Shown here piece after piece: positions 1 through 11,952 of a stretch of DNA of 62,249 nt. This DNA comes from Azolla caroliniana. Lineage: Eukaryota > Plantae > Polypodiophyta. The notes beneath the pieces are model-generated. The model did no database searches. It had not been told where the DNA came from and saw nothing but the letters and a program-made list of their open reading frames with translations. A program made the translations under genes and the position numbers. Position 1 is the first letter of the stretch. Every line of letters starts with the position of its first letter. The stretch covers positions 1 through 62,249 of the forward strand of contig JBHGNT010000166.1 of assembly GCA_043228905.1 (NCBI GenBank), written 5' to 3'.

Positions 1-298
1 ATTCCATGATCCTCGGGAAACCCTTTATCACGGTTTCACGGATGGAGACAAAGGTGCTCGATAGCGGTGCGGCTTTCGCACGAATTCGGAGCCAAAGCGG
101 AGGGAAATCTGTCCAATTCCTAACTGTGCCGACAAATCATGAAAGGAACAAGAGAGAGCTCTTGTCCCAAACAAGGATGGATTTTTAGAGCGGATTTTTG
201 CGGAGTGGGGAAGTGATAGTCCGAGAAGCCCTGATACCCCACACAGGAAGAAAACTCTCGGGGCAAAACAAGTACGAATCGGTCCGGATGGGGCATCT

Positions 299-3245
299 AT
301 GTACACGGCCGTAACCAGAGGAAAGAAGAAAGAATACCGAAAAGTAGAGGATAAGTTGCGGTCGGCATCAATAATAAAAGAAGACGAAGAAATCGTGGGG
401 GTAGTCGAAGAAATGTTCTATGGGAACACGCTACAACGGCTTGAAGATCTTGTGGAGGATAAAAGCCAAGGAGACTGGGTAGTCCCGGTGGAATCGGTGG
501 AGATGTACGAGATCATTGCAAAAATGGGGTCGGATGCGCTCCGCAAAGAAGAAGCAATGGTAAGTACGAAATACAAGACTGTGGAGAAGAAAGTGAAACC
601 GGCTGCGGGACCATTACTCGCCGATAGCGAGCAAAAGAGGAAAGAAGTCTCGGGAGATCCGACACTTCGGAAGTCCGTGGATATCAGACATACCTTCACG
701 TATGAGACCCGGAAGAAACTTCGGATCGGTGGAGGTGGTTTCCTCTTACAAAAGGAAGAAGAACGGTTTCGTGAGATGTTGGAGCAACATGGAAAAGCGT
801 TTGCATTCACATCAAGGGAGATAGGGTGCGTTGATCCGAAGATAGTGGAGCCGATGGTGATCTTCACGATTGACCATGTGCCGTGGAACCTGAAGCCGAT
901 TCCGGTGTCGCGGGCGCATATTCCCAAAATCATCGACTTGCTCAAGGAGAAGGTGGCGATGGGGATTCTAGAGCCATCAAACGCTCCGTACTCAAATCGA
1001 TGGTTTACGGTTCCGAAGAAGAATGGGTCACTTCGATTTATCCAAGACTTGCAACCGGTGAACAAAGTCACGATCCGGAACTCCGGAGTTGGTCCGATAG
1101 TGGACGAATTTGCAGAAGCATTTGCCGGTCGTGCGATATACTCCATCGGAGACCTATACTCGGGGTATGACCAGTTCCAACTAGCCGTGGAGAGCGGAGA
1201 CATCACTACCATGCGGACACCGATAGGATTAGTCCGGATGTGTATGCTACCACAAGGCGCGACGAACTCGGTCGCATATATGATGAATGCAATGAACAAG
1301 GTGCTTCGAGACTGCATTCCGGAGATAACGATGCCGTTCCTAGATGACATTTCGATGAAAGGATGCGCGGTAGAAGAAAAAGATGAAACTATGGATGATC
1401 GGGGATGCCGAAAGTTTGTAGTCGACCATATTCGTGATTGCGAGAAAGTGCTTCGAAAGTTAGAAGATGTGCACCTAACACTTTCCGGAGAGAAATCGAC
1501 ATTCGGACAAGAAGAAATATTGGTAGTCGGACATCTATGTAGGGCCTTATGGCCGAAGACCATCACCAACCAAGATTGATGCGATTCAAGCTATGAAAGA
1601 AGTATGCGAGTCACAATCCGAAGTCCGAAGGTTTCTTGGAGCATGTGCATTCTACCACATATGGATTCCGCACTATGCACATATTGTGGACCAACTCTAT
1701 CACTTGTTGCTGAAGGGTAAGAAGTTTGAATGGAAACCGGAGCATACCAAAGCCGTGAAGAAGCTCAAGAAATCACTACGGAGGGCAAAAGCACTAAAGA
1801 AGCCGAACTATGACGGACTGGTTATAGTAATGGTTGACACAAGTCCAACATGAATCGGATGGGTCATCAATCAAGCCGACTCGGATGGTTCACGATATCC
1901 GATCCGATTCGGAGCAAAGGTTCTCAACGAAAGGCAACACGGATATGCACAAGTCAAAAGAGAATTATGGGGAGTCGTGTTGGCAATCAAATCAGATCGA
2001 GATTATTTGATCGGAAACGAAGTAGTGATCGAAACGGATTGTCTTCCGATACTCGGGATGATGCGATGTTGCACGATACCGGATGTGGCTATCCTAAGGT
2101 GGATTGCATATGTTAAGTCACTTAATCCGGAGGTACAACACATCTTCGGAAAAGACAATGCGGTAGCGGATATGCTATCAAGGGCGTGGTTCAGAGATGA
2201 CATAACCGAATCCGATAATGAAGAAGTTTCCGAAGACTACTTTGCTTCAGAGCACATATGCCGCGTGAACATAATCCGAGAATTCCGGGAAGAAGAATAC
2301 GAGGGAGAAAGCTTGTTGATCGGGAAAGTGCTACAAGAAATCGAGGAATCATCAGACAATAAAGAGAAGAGAGCCAAGATCCGAAGTAAGAAGCGGCAAG
2401 TCCGAAAGTTCTTCTTGAAAAATGGATTAATATGGAGGGAGCCGAAAAGACCGGATGGCATACCACTTCGGGTAGTCGGGATGAAAGAGTAATGAAACCG
2501 GATACTGTCCAAATTTCACGAATCCGATTGGGCTGTACATCAAGGAACATGGGCAACTTTTGTGAAAATCAAACAAAAATATTGGTGGAAGAACATGTAC
2601 AAAGATATAGCGGAGTTCACGGAAAGCTGCGAGAAGTGTCAAATCTACTCCGGAGTTCGACATCGAGATGAGTTACATCCGACATTCTCACCGACAATCA
2701 ACTTCAAGTGGATGGTTGATATTGTAGCCATGCCAACCGGGATCAGACAAAAGAAGTACTTGGTGTTAGCTCGGGAAGATCTCACAAACCAAGTTGAAGG
2801 TCGGGCGCTACGAAGGAAAACGTGTTCTACGGTATGCCAATTTCTTTTGGAGGAGGTGTTTTGCGGGTACGGGTGCGTAGGACAAGTGATTGCAGATCGG
2901 GGAGAACTCGACTCTGATAAAGCTATGGAATTCTTCACCAAACATGGAGTTCGGTTAACACTAACAATGGCATACAATCCGGAGGCCAACGGTAAAATCG
3001 AACGAGGACATAGTCTGATCGTCAAAGCACTTGCCAAAGCATGCGACGGAAGGGTGAAGGATTGGCCGCAGATGCTCCCATATGCACTATGGGCGGATCG
3101 GACGACGCATAGCTCCGTAACCGGTTACATGCCGGCAGAACTTATGACCGGACAAGCACTTGTAATGCCGACGGAAACCGCAATCGCGACATGGAGAATG
3201 CTACCATGGAAGGAAGACATGAGCCGGGAAGAACTACTCGCGGTA
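299..3245 (+). pseudogene. RT-RNaseH-integrase (pol) of E1, disrupted
   Basis: ORFs 299-1579 (LRFIQDL, DLYSGYDQ, LPQG, FLDD), 1593-1853, 1977-2492 (NAVADMLSR) and 2562-3281 (CEKC, DRGEL, YNPEANGKIER). Confidence 0.9.
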
Positions 3246-3937
3246 ATAACCGGACAAAGAAAACTAGCAAGCACCAGATGAAGTAGAACCGGAAAGAGTC
3301 GGATGAAGAAGGTCGGTGAGAGTCTCTCACCAGATGAAGAGACATATTTGTAAATAGAAGAAAGTATAAAAATATATATATTACATGCATAGGGCAAGAT
3401 TCGAACCTTGCACCTCCATGTTAATAATGTTAAGCCTTATCATTATACTAGCGTATTATGAATTTTAAAGTTATACTAAACTTTATCCCATGTAAATATT
3501 CTAGATATGCATGGTACAAAAAGTTATTCATGCATACACACTCAAGTTAAAAGAAAAGATGGGATAGAAAGCTAATCATGCACATGTAGTGTGCATGAAA
3601 ACTAAAGTTAGGAAAAGCAAGATGCTTGCATGTGATAAACTTAGACTCTTCCAACACTATATAAGGAAGAGAGAAAGATGTATAGGGGTTGTTGATTTTC
3701 TTTAGAAGGATTGATTAATACAAAATATTCGTGGGATTCACGATTTTACCATCTAATTCTCTCTTACAATCTAATTGCCCATTAATACATTATACTCGTG
3801 GGATTCACGAGTTTCATATCTTCTTCTTACTATCCCTTCCTAACTAACATTATCTCATATTCTTCTTTCTCGTAGTCCAAAACCCCATCGGTTCCCACCT
3901 GACTCACACAAACGATCCGGCGCCGAAAGGCACGACA
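3246..3937 (+). repeat. 3' LTR of E1 (family A, 5'-truncated)
   Basis: 3450-3937 is nearly identical to the LTR at 53624-54275; TATA-like CTATATAAG at ~3656; terminal ACGACA. Confidence 0.85.
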
Positions 3938-4244
3938 ACGCGCATGTGCACGACCATGTGGATGCTTTGGGTGTATGCGTGTGTGCACAACTGCGTGGAC
4001 ATTTTCGGACGTACGCGCGTGGGCAAGTTTCGGATGTACGCGCATGTGCAAGTTTCGAGTGTACACGTGCATGGCCGCTTGCACGTTTCAGACGGACACA
4101 CGTGTGCGTGGATGCGTACACTACGCGGTCGGGACTTTTTGCGCGCGGACGCGTCTACGGTTTGGTTGCAACGCACGTACGGATTGCGCACGGGCTAAAC
4201 TTTATGGATGATTAGGTCATTTGGCCGAATTATACGGACGGTCG

Positions 4245-4375
4245 CATGAAACTAAAAATGAAAGCATGTAACTAAAAGTAAAAGGCATGCAACTAAAAAT
4301 GGAAGCATGCAACTAAAAGTAAAAGGCATGCAATTAAAAATGGAAGCATGCAACTAAAAGTGGACATGCAAAGTA
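4245..4375 (+). repeat. ~20-21 bp tandem repeat (GCATGCAACTAAAARTRRAA) in the family-B LTR; second copy ~16710-16876
   Basis: Alternating units gcatgcaactaaaagtaaaag and gcatgcaactaaaaatggaa; copy number differs between the two LTRs. Confidence 0.8.
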
Positions 4376-4838
4376 ACATTGGGAAGGGGGATCAAGAAAA
4401 GAACTCAATATATGTCCCATTTTTTCCCCTCTAGTTTTTTCTTTTTTCTTTCTTCTTTTTTCTTCTTCTCTCTCTCAGTCCTTGGGGGAAGAAATCTCTC
4501 TCATATTGATATCAGACTACTCCTTACATGGTGGTTGGTTCCTTCCTTTCAAGAATAATCTCTCATATTCATATTGGACCACTCCTTATATGGTTGTTGG
4601 CTCCTTTCTTTAAAAAAATTATCTCTTATTTTCATCTCCAACCCGTTGTAACAAGATTCTTGAATTATAAAAGAATCTATTTTCTTATGCAATAAATGAA
4701 TGTTTTCTCTCATCTACTCGTCTTATATGTGAATTTTGTTTGTGTTGTACGTGTTGCACCAAATCCTTCTAGTCCAGAACCCCGGCGGTTCCGCCTCGCG
4801 ATCCGCACATAGTGATGGATTTTCACGACATAATTAAG

Positions 4839-4856
4839 TGGTGAACGTGACGTGAA
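4839..4856 (+). other. Primer binding site complementary to the tRNA-Trp 3' end
   Basis: TGGTGAACGTGACGTGAA, two mismatches to TGGTGAACCCGACGTGAA, the complement of the plant tRNA-Trp end ...TTCACGTCGGGTTCACCA (recalled). Other copies: 15755-15772(-), 37530-37547(-), 51446-51463(-), 54280-54297(+). Confidence 0.85.
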
Positions 4857-7072
4857 AGAGGAGGTAGGGAGGATATTAAGTGCAACGATGGCTTCTACAA
4901 GCGGAACTCAAGGAGAGGAATTAACGAAAGGCATGGTGTTCGTAGTGGAATACATGCTGAAGGTGAGAGATCGAGAAGCTTTAATCGACAAAGTTGTTGA
5001 TTGTACGATCAAGATAGTTAGACGATTTGGTGGCAAGAACATCACGTATTTTCTTGCTACCTATCGGAATGAGATGCAACAAAGGGATGTCAATGATCTC
5101 AAACAAATTTCGAGCTTAAAATGTTTGGTGGAACTAGGGATCTGTGAGCACGTCATGGAGATCCAAAACGAGCATGCAAGCTGGGCGGAATTCGAAAAGG
5201 CACTTCTCACTGAATACATGCTTGAAGACACATCACAGATGACTTGACATACGCTAATGTCTTGGTTCGAGAAGAAAGGGAAGAAAATGTGTGCGTCTGT
5301 AGTATATGCCGAATTTGACCAGAAGTATAACTGACTTCTGAGTGTTGATCAACGAGTTCTCGATGGAGATAAAGTCCTACTATTCTTGAAGGCAGTGGAT
5401 GTGAAAGATCGGCGTGAATTGGGTAACTTTTTGGAGGATGAAACACAACCAAATGGCTTGCTAGCGGACTGGGCGGCGGTGAAGAAGGCTTGTAGCCGTC
5501 TTGATAAGAGTCGACAATGGCAAGAGGAAAACTGATATGGAGAATCCACAATCGTGGAGGAGGAAGGCACTTGTGACGATCGAGTCTAACAAGCTGATCA
5601 ACAATTTCGACAAGAAAGCGATGGAGGATTCTATAATCGAAGAGCTCTCCAAGAAGTTTGAAGCGGTATCTTTGGCCAACTTAGGTCGATGCGGACCGAA
5701 GGGAAAAGAAGCGTATAGATGTGTGTGGTGCGACAACTTCGAGCACTCGCGAAGGGAGTGCACTGACTTGCAAGACGCGATTCGACAAGAATGTCGTCTA
5801 TTTGGAAGACAACATGATCCACTCGAGCGGACCCAAAAGCCACTACGAGTGAACTTCAGAAGAGGCAGGCTGAAAAAGATTGTGGAAGAGGAAGATGCAA
5901 GGCATGTGGAAGCCATGCACTATGCCGCATCAGCGGGAATACGAGTCGGAAGAGAGAATCTAAAGACGATCAAGCCGGGAGCTAGGTTTTGACCAACGGT
6001 ATTCGAGTGCGAAAAGAAAGGAAAAATAGATTTGGAGGATCTAAAACATGCTGATCGGAATGTGCGACAACTTACCGGATGGTCGGATCCAGTCAACGAT
6101 AACACAAGCTTTGCGGAGGTTGTGTGTGACAACTATGAAGCTCTTGTTGAAGAGAAGAGGAAAAGAACCGGTGAAGAAGATGGCACATCAAAGCGTCACA
6201 ATACAAGGAATGCAAGGAAAGAAGGACACACCCAACCTGCGCCATGAAAAGAGATAGGAGAAACAAGCATGAATCTTGGTGGATCGAGCCAACCTTCTCG
6301 GATGGAAGTCAATGAATCTGTGAAGAAAGGAAAAGAATGAGCGGTGCCGACTTACAAGCTAAGGTCGGACATAGAACAAACAACCGACTTGCGGAAGGTC
6401 CTTGAGGAGAAGGTTTTAGATAGTCATGTCGACCTTACTTTGAGAGAGCTACTTAGGATCACTAAGAAGGAGTTCCACGATACTATCGTGGACTTGATTA
6501 AGCGGAAGCGACAACAATCGGATGAAGAGGAGGTGAAAACAAGTGCCATAACCATGGCAAGATCGGAAGAGGAGGAGGAAGAAGAAGTGATGGCGGACAA
6601 CCATTACTCTCGGCCTCATTGGGCAAGAGCGAGAATGGAGACGCCGGTGAAGATCAGAGAGAAGAAAGAGATCGTGGTAGCCTTGATTGACCATGGTTTG
6701 GAGATCAACCTCATGTCGACTGAATTCTACAAGAAAGGAAGATGGCTGATCAACACAAACCACGGATGGAAGATACGAGCGGCAACGAAGGCCACGGAAG
6801 ACCTGTACGAAGCTTGCCCCAATGTTAAAGTCACGATCGGAGATGTTAAGATGGATCAACACTTCTTCGTGCAAGAATTGGCTTCGCATCCCGTCATCCT
6901 AGGACAACCATATATCACATCGTCCTGGATGGAGACTAAGGTGTTTGATAATGGAGCGGCCTTTGTGTGAGTCAAGAGCCTTGATAATCAACGATCTGTT
7001 CAATTCCTTACGGTGCGGCCTAATCACAAAAGGAACCGAGGTAGTCTTGGAGGCGAATCCTCGGATTTTTAG
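4852..7072 (+). pseudogene. gag-protease of E2, disrupted
   Basis: Fragments 4852-5247, 5501-5992 (CVWCDNFEHSRREC zinc knuckle) and 6344-6970 (ALIDHGLEINLM ... VILGQPY); the frame ends GAT TTT TAG at 7072. Confidence 0.85.
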
Positions 7073-10000
7073 AGCGGACTATTGAACCGTGGGGCACAAA
7101 TAGTCCGAGCAATCATAAGTCCCCACAAGGAAGCAAAATAAGTGGATCGCAAGGAGAAGCAACATGTGTGACACCTAGTGGCGCATGTAAACTAACACTA
7201 CTCAACAAGAAGGACAAGCGTCGGATACAAGACTTCGAGAAGATGGTAAAAGAAGAAAGCATAATCGAAGAAGAAGAATTCATGTCTCATATTCTAGAGG
7301 AAGCCTCATTTAACGACACCATTGGTGAAATCGAGGAAGTCGTGGACTTGAGCTACCCTCATGATCAACATGTGATTTCGGTTAACTCCGTCAACATGTA
7401 CGCTATCATCAATGAATATCATCGAGGCATCTTGATGGAGGAAGCTGAAGTCAACACAAAATATAAAACAGTGGATAAGAAGATCAAGCCAGTTGCGGTT
7501 CCGCTACCGGAAGATAGCTGGCAGAAGATGAAGGAAGTTGCTAATGATACAAGCTTAAGGGATCCAAAGGCAATAGGTCATGTCTTCACCAAAGAGACGA
7601 AAGGAAAGCTACAAGTTGGAAGGGAATATTTCCTTCTCCCTGAAGAGGAGAGAATGTTCCGCGGAATGCTTGAGAGACATGGGAAAGCCTTTGCCTTCTC
7701 TCCACAAGAGATCAGATGTGCTGACCCGAAGATGATAGAGCCGATGGTGATTTTTACGGTGCCGCATGTACCTTGGAACCTCAAGCCGATACCGGTTCCA
7801 AGAGCTCACATTCCGAAGTTGATTGAGCTTCTAAAGGAAAAGGTTAGGATGGGAATACTTGAGTCGTCCAATGCTCCCTACTCCAATAGGTTGTTTACGG
7901 TGCTGAAGAAGAACAGGTCCTTACGCTTTATTCAAGATCTCCAACCCATCAACAAGGTGACGATCCTAAATGCCGGAATTGGTCCAAGTGTGGATGAATT
8001 TGCTGAAGCCTTCACGGGAAGATCGATCTATTCCATTGGTGATCTCTACTTGGGCTATGATCAATTTCAATTGGCCGTCGATAGTAGAGACATAACGACA
8101 ATGAGGACGCCGATCGGGTTGGTAAGGATGTGCACCTTACCCCAAGGTGCAACAAATTCCGTAGCCCACATGGTGAATGCCATGAACAAAGTGTTGAGGG
8201 ATTGTATCCCTGATATCACAATGCCCTTCTTAGATGATATTCTAGTCAAAGGATGCTTGGTGGAAGAAAAAGATGAATCGAAAGATGAAGATGGTTGCCG
8301 AAGATTCGTCATCGATCATATAAAGGATAGTGAGAAGGTGTTGCAAAAGCTTGAGGATGCAAATCTCACGTTTTCGGGAGAGAAGTCTACATTCGGTCAA
8401 CCAGAAATATTGGTTATAGGACACTTATGTGGGTCTTACGGCCAGAAGCCATCTCCATCCAAGGTGAAGTCTATTCAAGAGATGAAAGAAGAATGTGTGT
8501 CTCAAACAGAGGTGCGAAGATTCTTGGGAGCATGTGCATTCTATCACATATGGATTCCACATTATGCTCATGTCGCTGAACCATTGTATGGATTACTAAA
8601 GAAAAGGAAGAAGTTCGAATGGGAAGATGAGCATACCTACGTGGTTCAAAAGCTAAAGAAACTATTATTGGAAGCTCCGGCACTGCCAAAAGCCGACTAC
8701 ACCGAAGGTAACCCGATATATGTGACAATGGATATGAGCCCAATCGGAATTGGATGGGTGATAAACCAAGAAGACAAATAAAAGAATCGGTATGCAATCT
8801 GATTCGGTGCAAAGGTGTTAACTGAAAGACAAAGGAAGTGTCCCAAGTAAAGAGAGAGCTATGGGGAATAGTATCCGCGGTTAAAACCGATCGTGACTAC
8901 CTTATCGGAACAAAGGTCATAATCGAAACTGATTGTCTACCTATTCTCGAAATGATATCCGGTTGTGCTACACCAGATATTGCTATGCTACGATGGATTG
9001 CCTATATCAAGTCCCTCAACCCCGAGATTCGACATATAAATGGAAAGCATAATGTGGTGGCCGATATGTTGTCAAGGGCAAGGTATGAGGGTGAAGAAGA
9101 TTTGCACTCCAACGAAGAAGATGTTGGCCTAAACTTCTTTACAGTTTCTTGTGTTCGAGTGCTTGCCGTGTTTAAGTAGAAGTTTATGAGGGTGAATTCA
9201 TCGAAATTGGCAAGTACTTAAGCTCTCTTACAAAGGATGAATCATGGTCAAAGGAAGACTTCTACCGAATTAGGAAGAAGACCTACAAGTTCTTCCTCAA
9301 AGGACATCTATGGAAGTTTCCAAAGAAGAAGAATGGAACTCCACTTCGAGTGGTGCGCAAGAAACAAGATCAACAAACACTAATTGCTGAATTTCATGAT
9401 AGTGTGTGGGCAGGCCATCGAGGTATATGGGCAACATTTGCAAAGCTCAAGGAGAAGTATTGGTGGCCGGGTGTTTACAAAGATGTAGCAAGCTATGTTG
9501 AAACATGTGAGCAATGCCAATTATACTCGGATATTCAACATAGGGATGAACTTCATCCGACATATCCAATATCAATGCACTATAAGTGGTTGGTAGACAT
9601 AGTGGTTATGCCGATGGGATTGGGGCAAATGAAGTATCTCGTGCTAGCAAGAGAGGATCTCACCAACCAAGTAGAAGGACGAGTGCTAAGGAATAAAACA
9701 ACTTCAGCGGTTTGTAAGTTTCTCCTTGAAGATGTTATTTGTTGATACGGATGTGTTGGCAAAATAGTAGCTGATAGGGGAGAATTAGATGCAAATGAAG
9801 CTAAAGAATTCTTTTCAAGAATAGGCATCAAACAATCGCTCACCATGGCATACAACCCGGATGCAAATGGGAAGGTGGAATGAGGACATAGTCCGATTGT
9901 AAAAGCTCTAGCAAAGGCTTGCGACGACAAGATGGGGAATTGGCCACGATTACTACCTTATGCCTTGTGGGCTGATAGAACTACACATAGCACAACTATA

Positions 10001-10130
10001 GGATATATGTCGGCTGAACTCATATTAGGGAAAAAACCAATAATGCCTATCGAGCAAAGTGTTGCTTCGTGGACATCTTTGCCATGGCAAGAGGAAATGA
10101 GTCGGGAAGACTTGCTAGACACGAGGATTC

Positions 10131-11952
10131 TGTTGGGAGACAGGTCCCTCCGGATGGGAAGGGAGATAGGTCCCTAAACCGGATGAGGAGTACCCGACTA
10201 CGGAGAGCTGGATGGTGCAGACCCGGTGAGAACCGGATGAGGAGTACCCGGCTACGGAGAGCCGGATGATGCAGACCCGGTGAGAACCGGATGAGGAGTA
10301 CCCGGCTACGGAGAGCCGGATGGTGCAGACCCGGTGAGAACCGGATGAGGAGTACCCGACTACGGAGAGCCGGATGGTGCAGACCCGGTGAGAACCGGAT
10401 GAGGAGTACCCGACTACGGAGAGCCGGATGATGCAGACCCGGTGAGAACCGGATGAGGAGTACCCGGCTACAGAGAGCCGGATGGTGCAGACCTGGTGAG
10501 AACCGGATGAGGAGTACCCGTCCACGGAGAGCCGGATGGTGCAGACCCGGTGAGAACCGGATGAGGAGTACCCGGCTACGGAGAGCCGGATGATGCAGAC
10601 CCGGTGAGAACCGGATGAGGAGTACCCGGCTACGGAGAGCCGGATGGTGCAGACCCGGTGGGAACCGGATGAGGAGTACATGGCTACGGAGAGCCGGATG
10701 GTGCAGACCTGGTGAGGAGTGCTCACCGGATGAAGAGACATATTCGTAAATATGTTTTCTGAGAGTCCATCATGGCTATATTTGTAAATAGCCGAAAAGT
10801 CATATTAGTATAAATATGACTTAGGGCAAACTTTTAGTTGTTGTCATTCTTGTTGGTGCAAGGAGTGAGAGAGCGCGTAACTGTGTACAGAGAGAGAGAG
10901 AGAGAAAGAGGTCGTTGCCTCTATTGTAACCGCTGCCTGTGGCGAGGATCGTGAGCACGAGGTCATTGCCTCTGTGAACTCATTGTTGTACATTCTAATA
11001 TAGTGATAGTTTGCAGCCTGTGGGCTGTCGTGGTTTTTCCCTTAGTTTGGGTTTTCCACGTAAACATCCTGCGTACTTGTCTCTTCTTCGTGTCGTTCAT
11101 TATTTCCCGTTTTCTGTGTATGATTCTAAGCTCGGTTGTGGCCGAGCGTTGCGTATACGGAGCGTGCAGTTCCCGTCAAGTGGTATCAGAGCAAAACGAC
11201 ACAGAAAATGGACGATTCGTTGGGAGGCATGTTCAAGCTCACCGGCTCCAACTATTCGGTGTGGAAGTCGAAGATGAGGGACATGCTCGTGGTTAAAGAC
11301 CTCTAGCTGCCGGTTCAATTCAGGGACAAGAGACTGGACAAAATCGACGTCGTGATATGGGAGGTGATGCACATGAAGACAACGGCGTACATACAGTGCT
11401 TCATCGACATGAGCCTGTACAACAACTTCAATGAAGAGAGCAAGGCTCATGAGCTCTGGGAGAAGATCGGCATAATATTTCAAAACAAAAATGTTGTTAA
11501 TTAGGTTTCGGTATTCCGGCAGCTAGTAAGACTCCGGTACCAAGATGGCTCCAGCATGGCGGAGCACATGAATGCCTTCCAGGGGCTGATCCACCAGGCA
11601 ACTTCATTGGAAGTACCTCTCGCCGATGAGGTACTAGCGCTACTCCTGCTTGGTTCCCTCCCAGATAGCTGGGAGACGCTGGTTGTCACTTTGGGCAACG
11701 CCGGGCAGGAAGGAAAACGGTTATCCCTAGCAAGAGTAAAGTCGAGCTTGCTAGATGAGGAGGCACGTCGGAAAGATAAAGATACGAGCTCCGACTCCAA
11801 AGCGCTCCTTACTGAATCGGAACGCGGAAGACATAGAAACCGTAGTCCCCATAACCTGGAGAAGTCGGGGACACGGTCAAAGTCAAGGGGAAGGCCTACT
11901 TGCTTCTATTGTGGCAAGCCGGGACACTTCCCATAGTGTGCATTTCCCGTCA
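10131..11952 (+). mobile_element. Ty1/copia element with a large internal deletion
   Basis: 5-bp TSD GATTC (10126-10130 and 11953-11957); 5' LTR TGTTGG...TTCCCGTCA 10131-11178; PBS TGGTATCAGAGC (tRNA-iMet) 11181-11192; copia gag 11208-11931 (LLLGSLPDSWE, CFYCGKPGH); only ~17 bp of the 3' LTR end remain. Confidence 0.9.
10177..10716 (+). repeat. 54-bp tandem array (10 copies) in copia LTR U3
   Basis: Unit AACCGGATGAGGAGTACCCGGCTACGGAGAGCCGGATGGTGCAGACCCGGTGAG starting at 10177, 10231, ... 10663. Confidence 0.95.

Larger units (their letters stand above)
1..3937 (+). mobile_element. Ty3/gypsy non-chromovirus (Phygy-like, family A) LTR retrotransposon E1; 5' part lies outside the window; degenerate
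   Basis: PR tail (6-188), RT (299-1579; PFLDD), RNase H and integrase fragments to ~3245, broken by stops and frameshifts. The integrase end is fused by deletion to a 5'-truncated 3' LTR that ends ...AAAGGCACGACA at 3937. The right flank is ACGC, inside a family-B LTR. Confidence 0.9.

Noticed and set aside
418-1569. Long antisense ORFs opposite RT and integrase (also 42612-43202, 32979-33593)
   Set aside because: Shadow frames of pol with no recognisable motifs.
10177-10716. Regular 54-bp array resembling a CRISPR, and a repetitive 208-aa ORF (10115-10741, minus)
   Set aside because: The units are near-identical along their whole length with no unique spacers and no cas genes; it lies in a copia LTR and the ORF is a by-product of a period divisible by 3.
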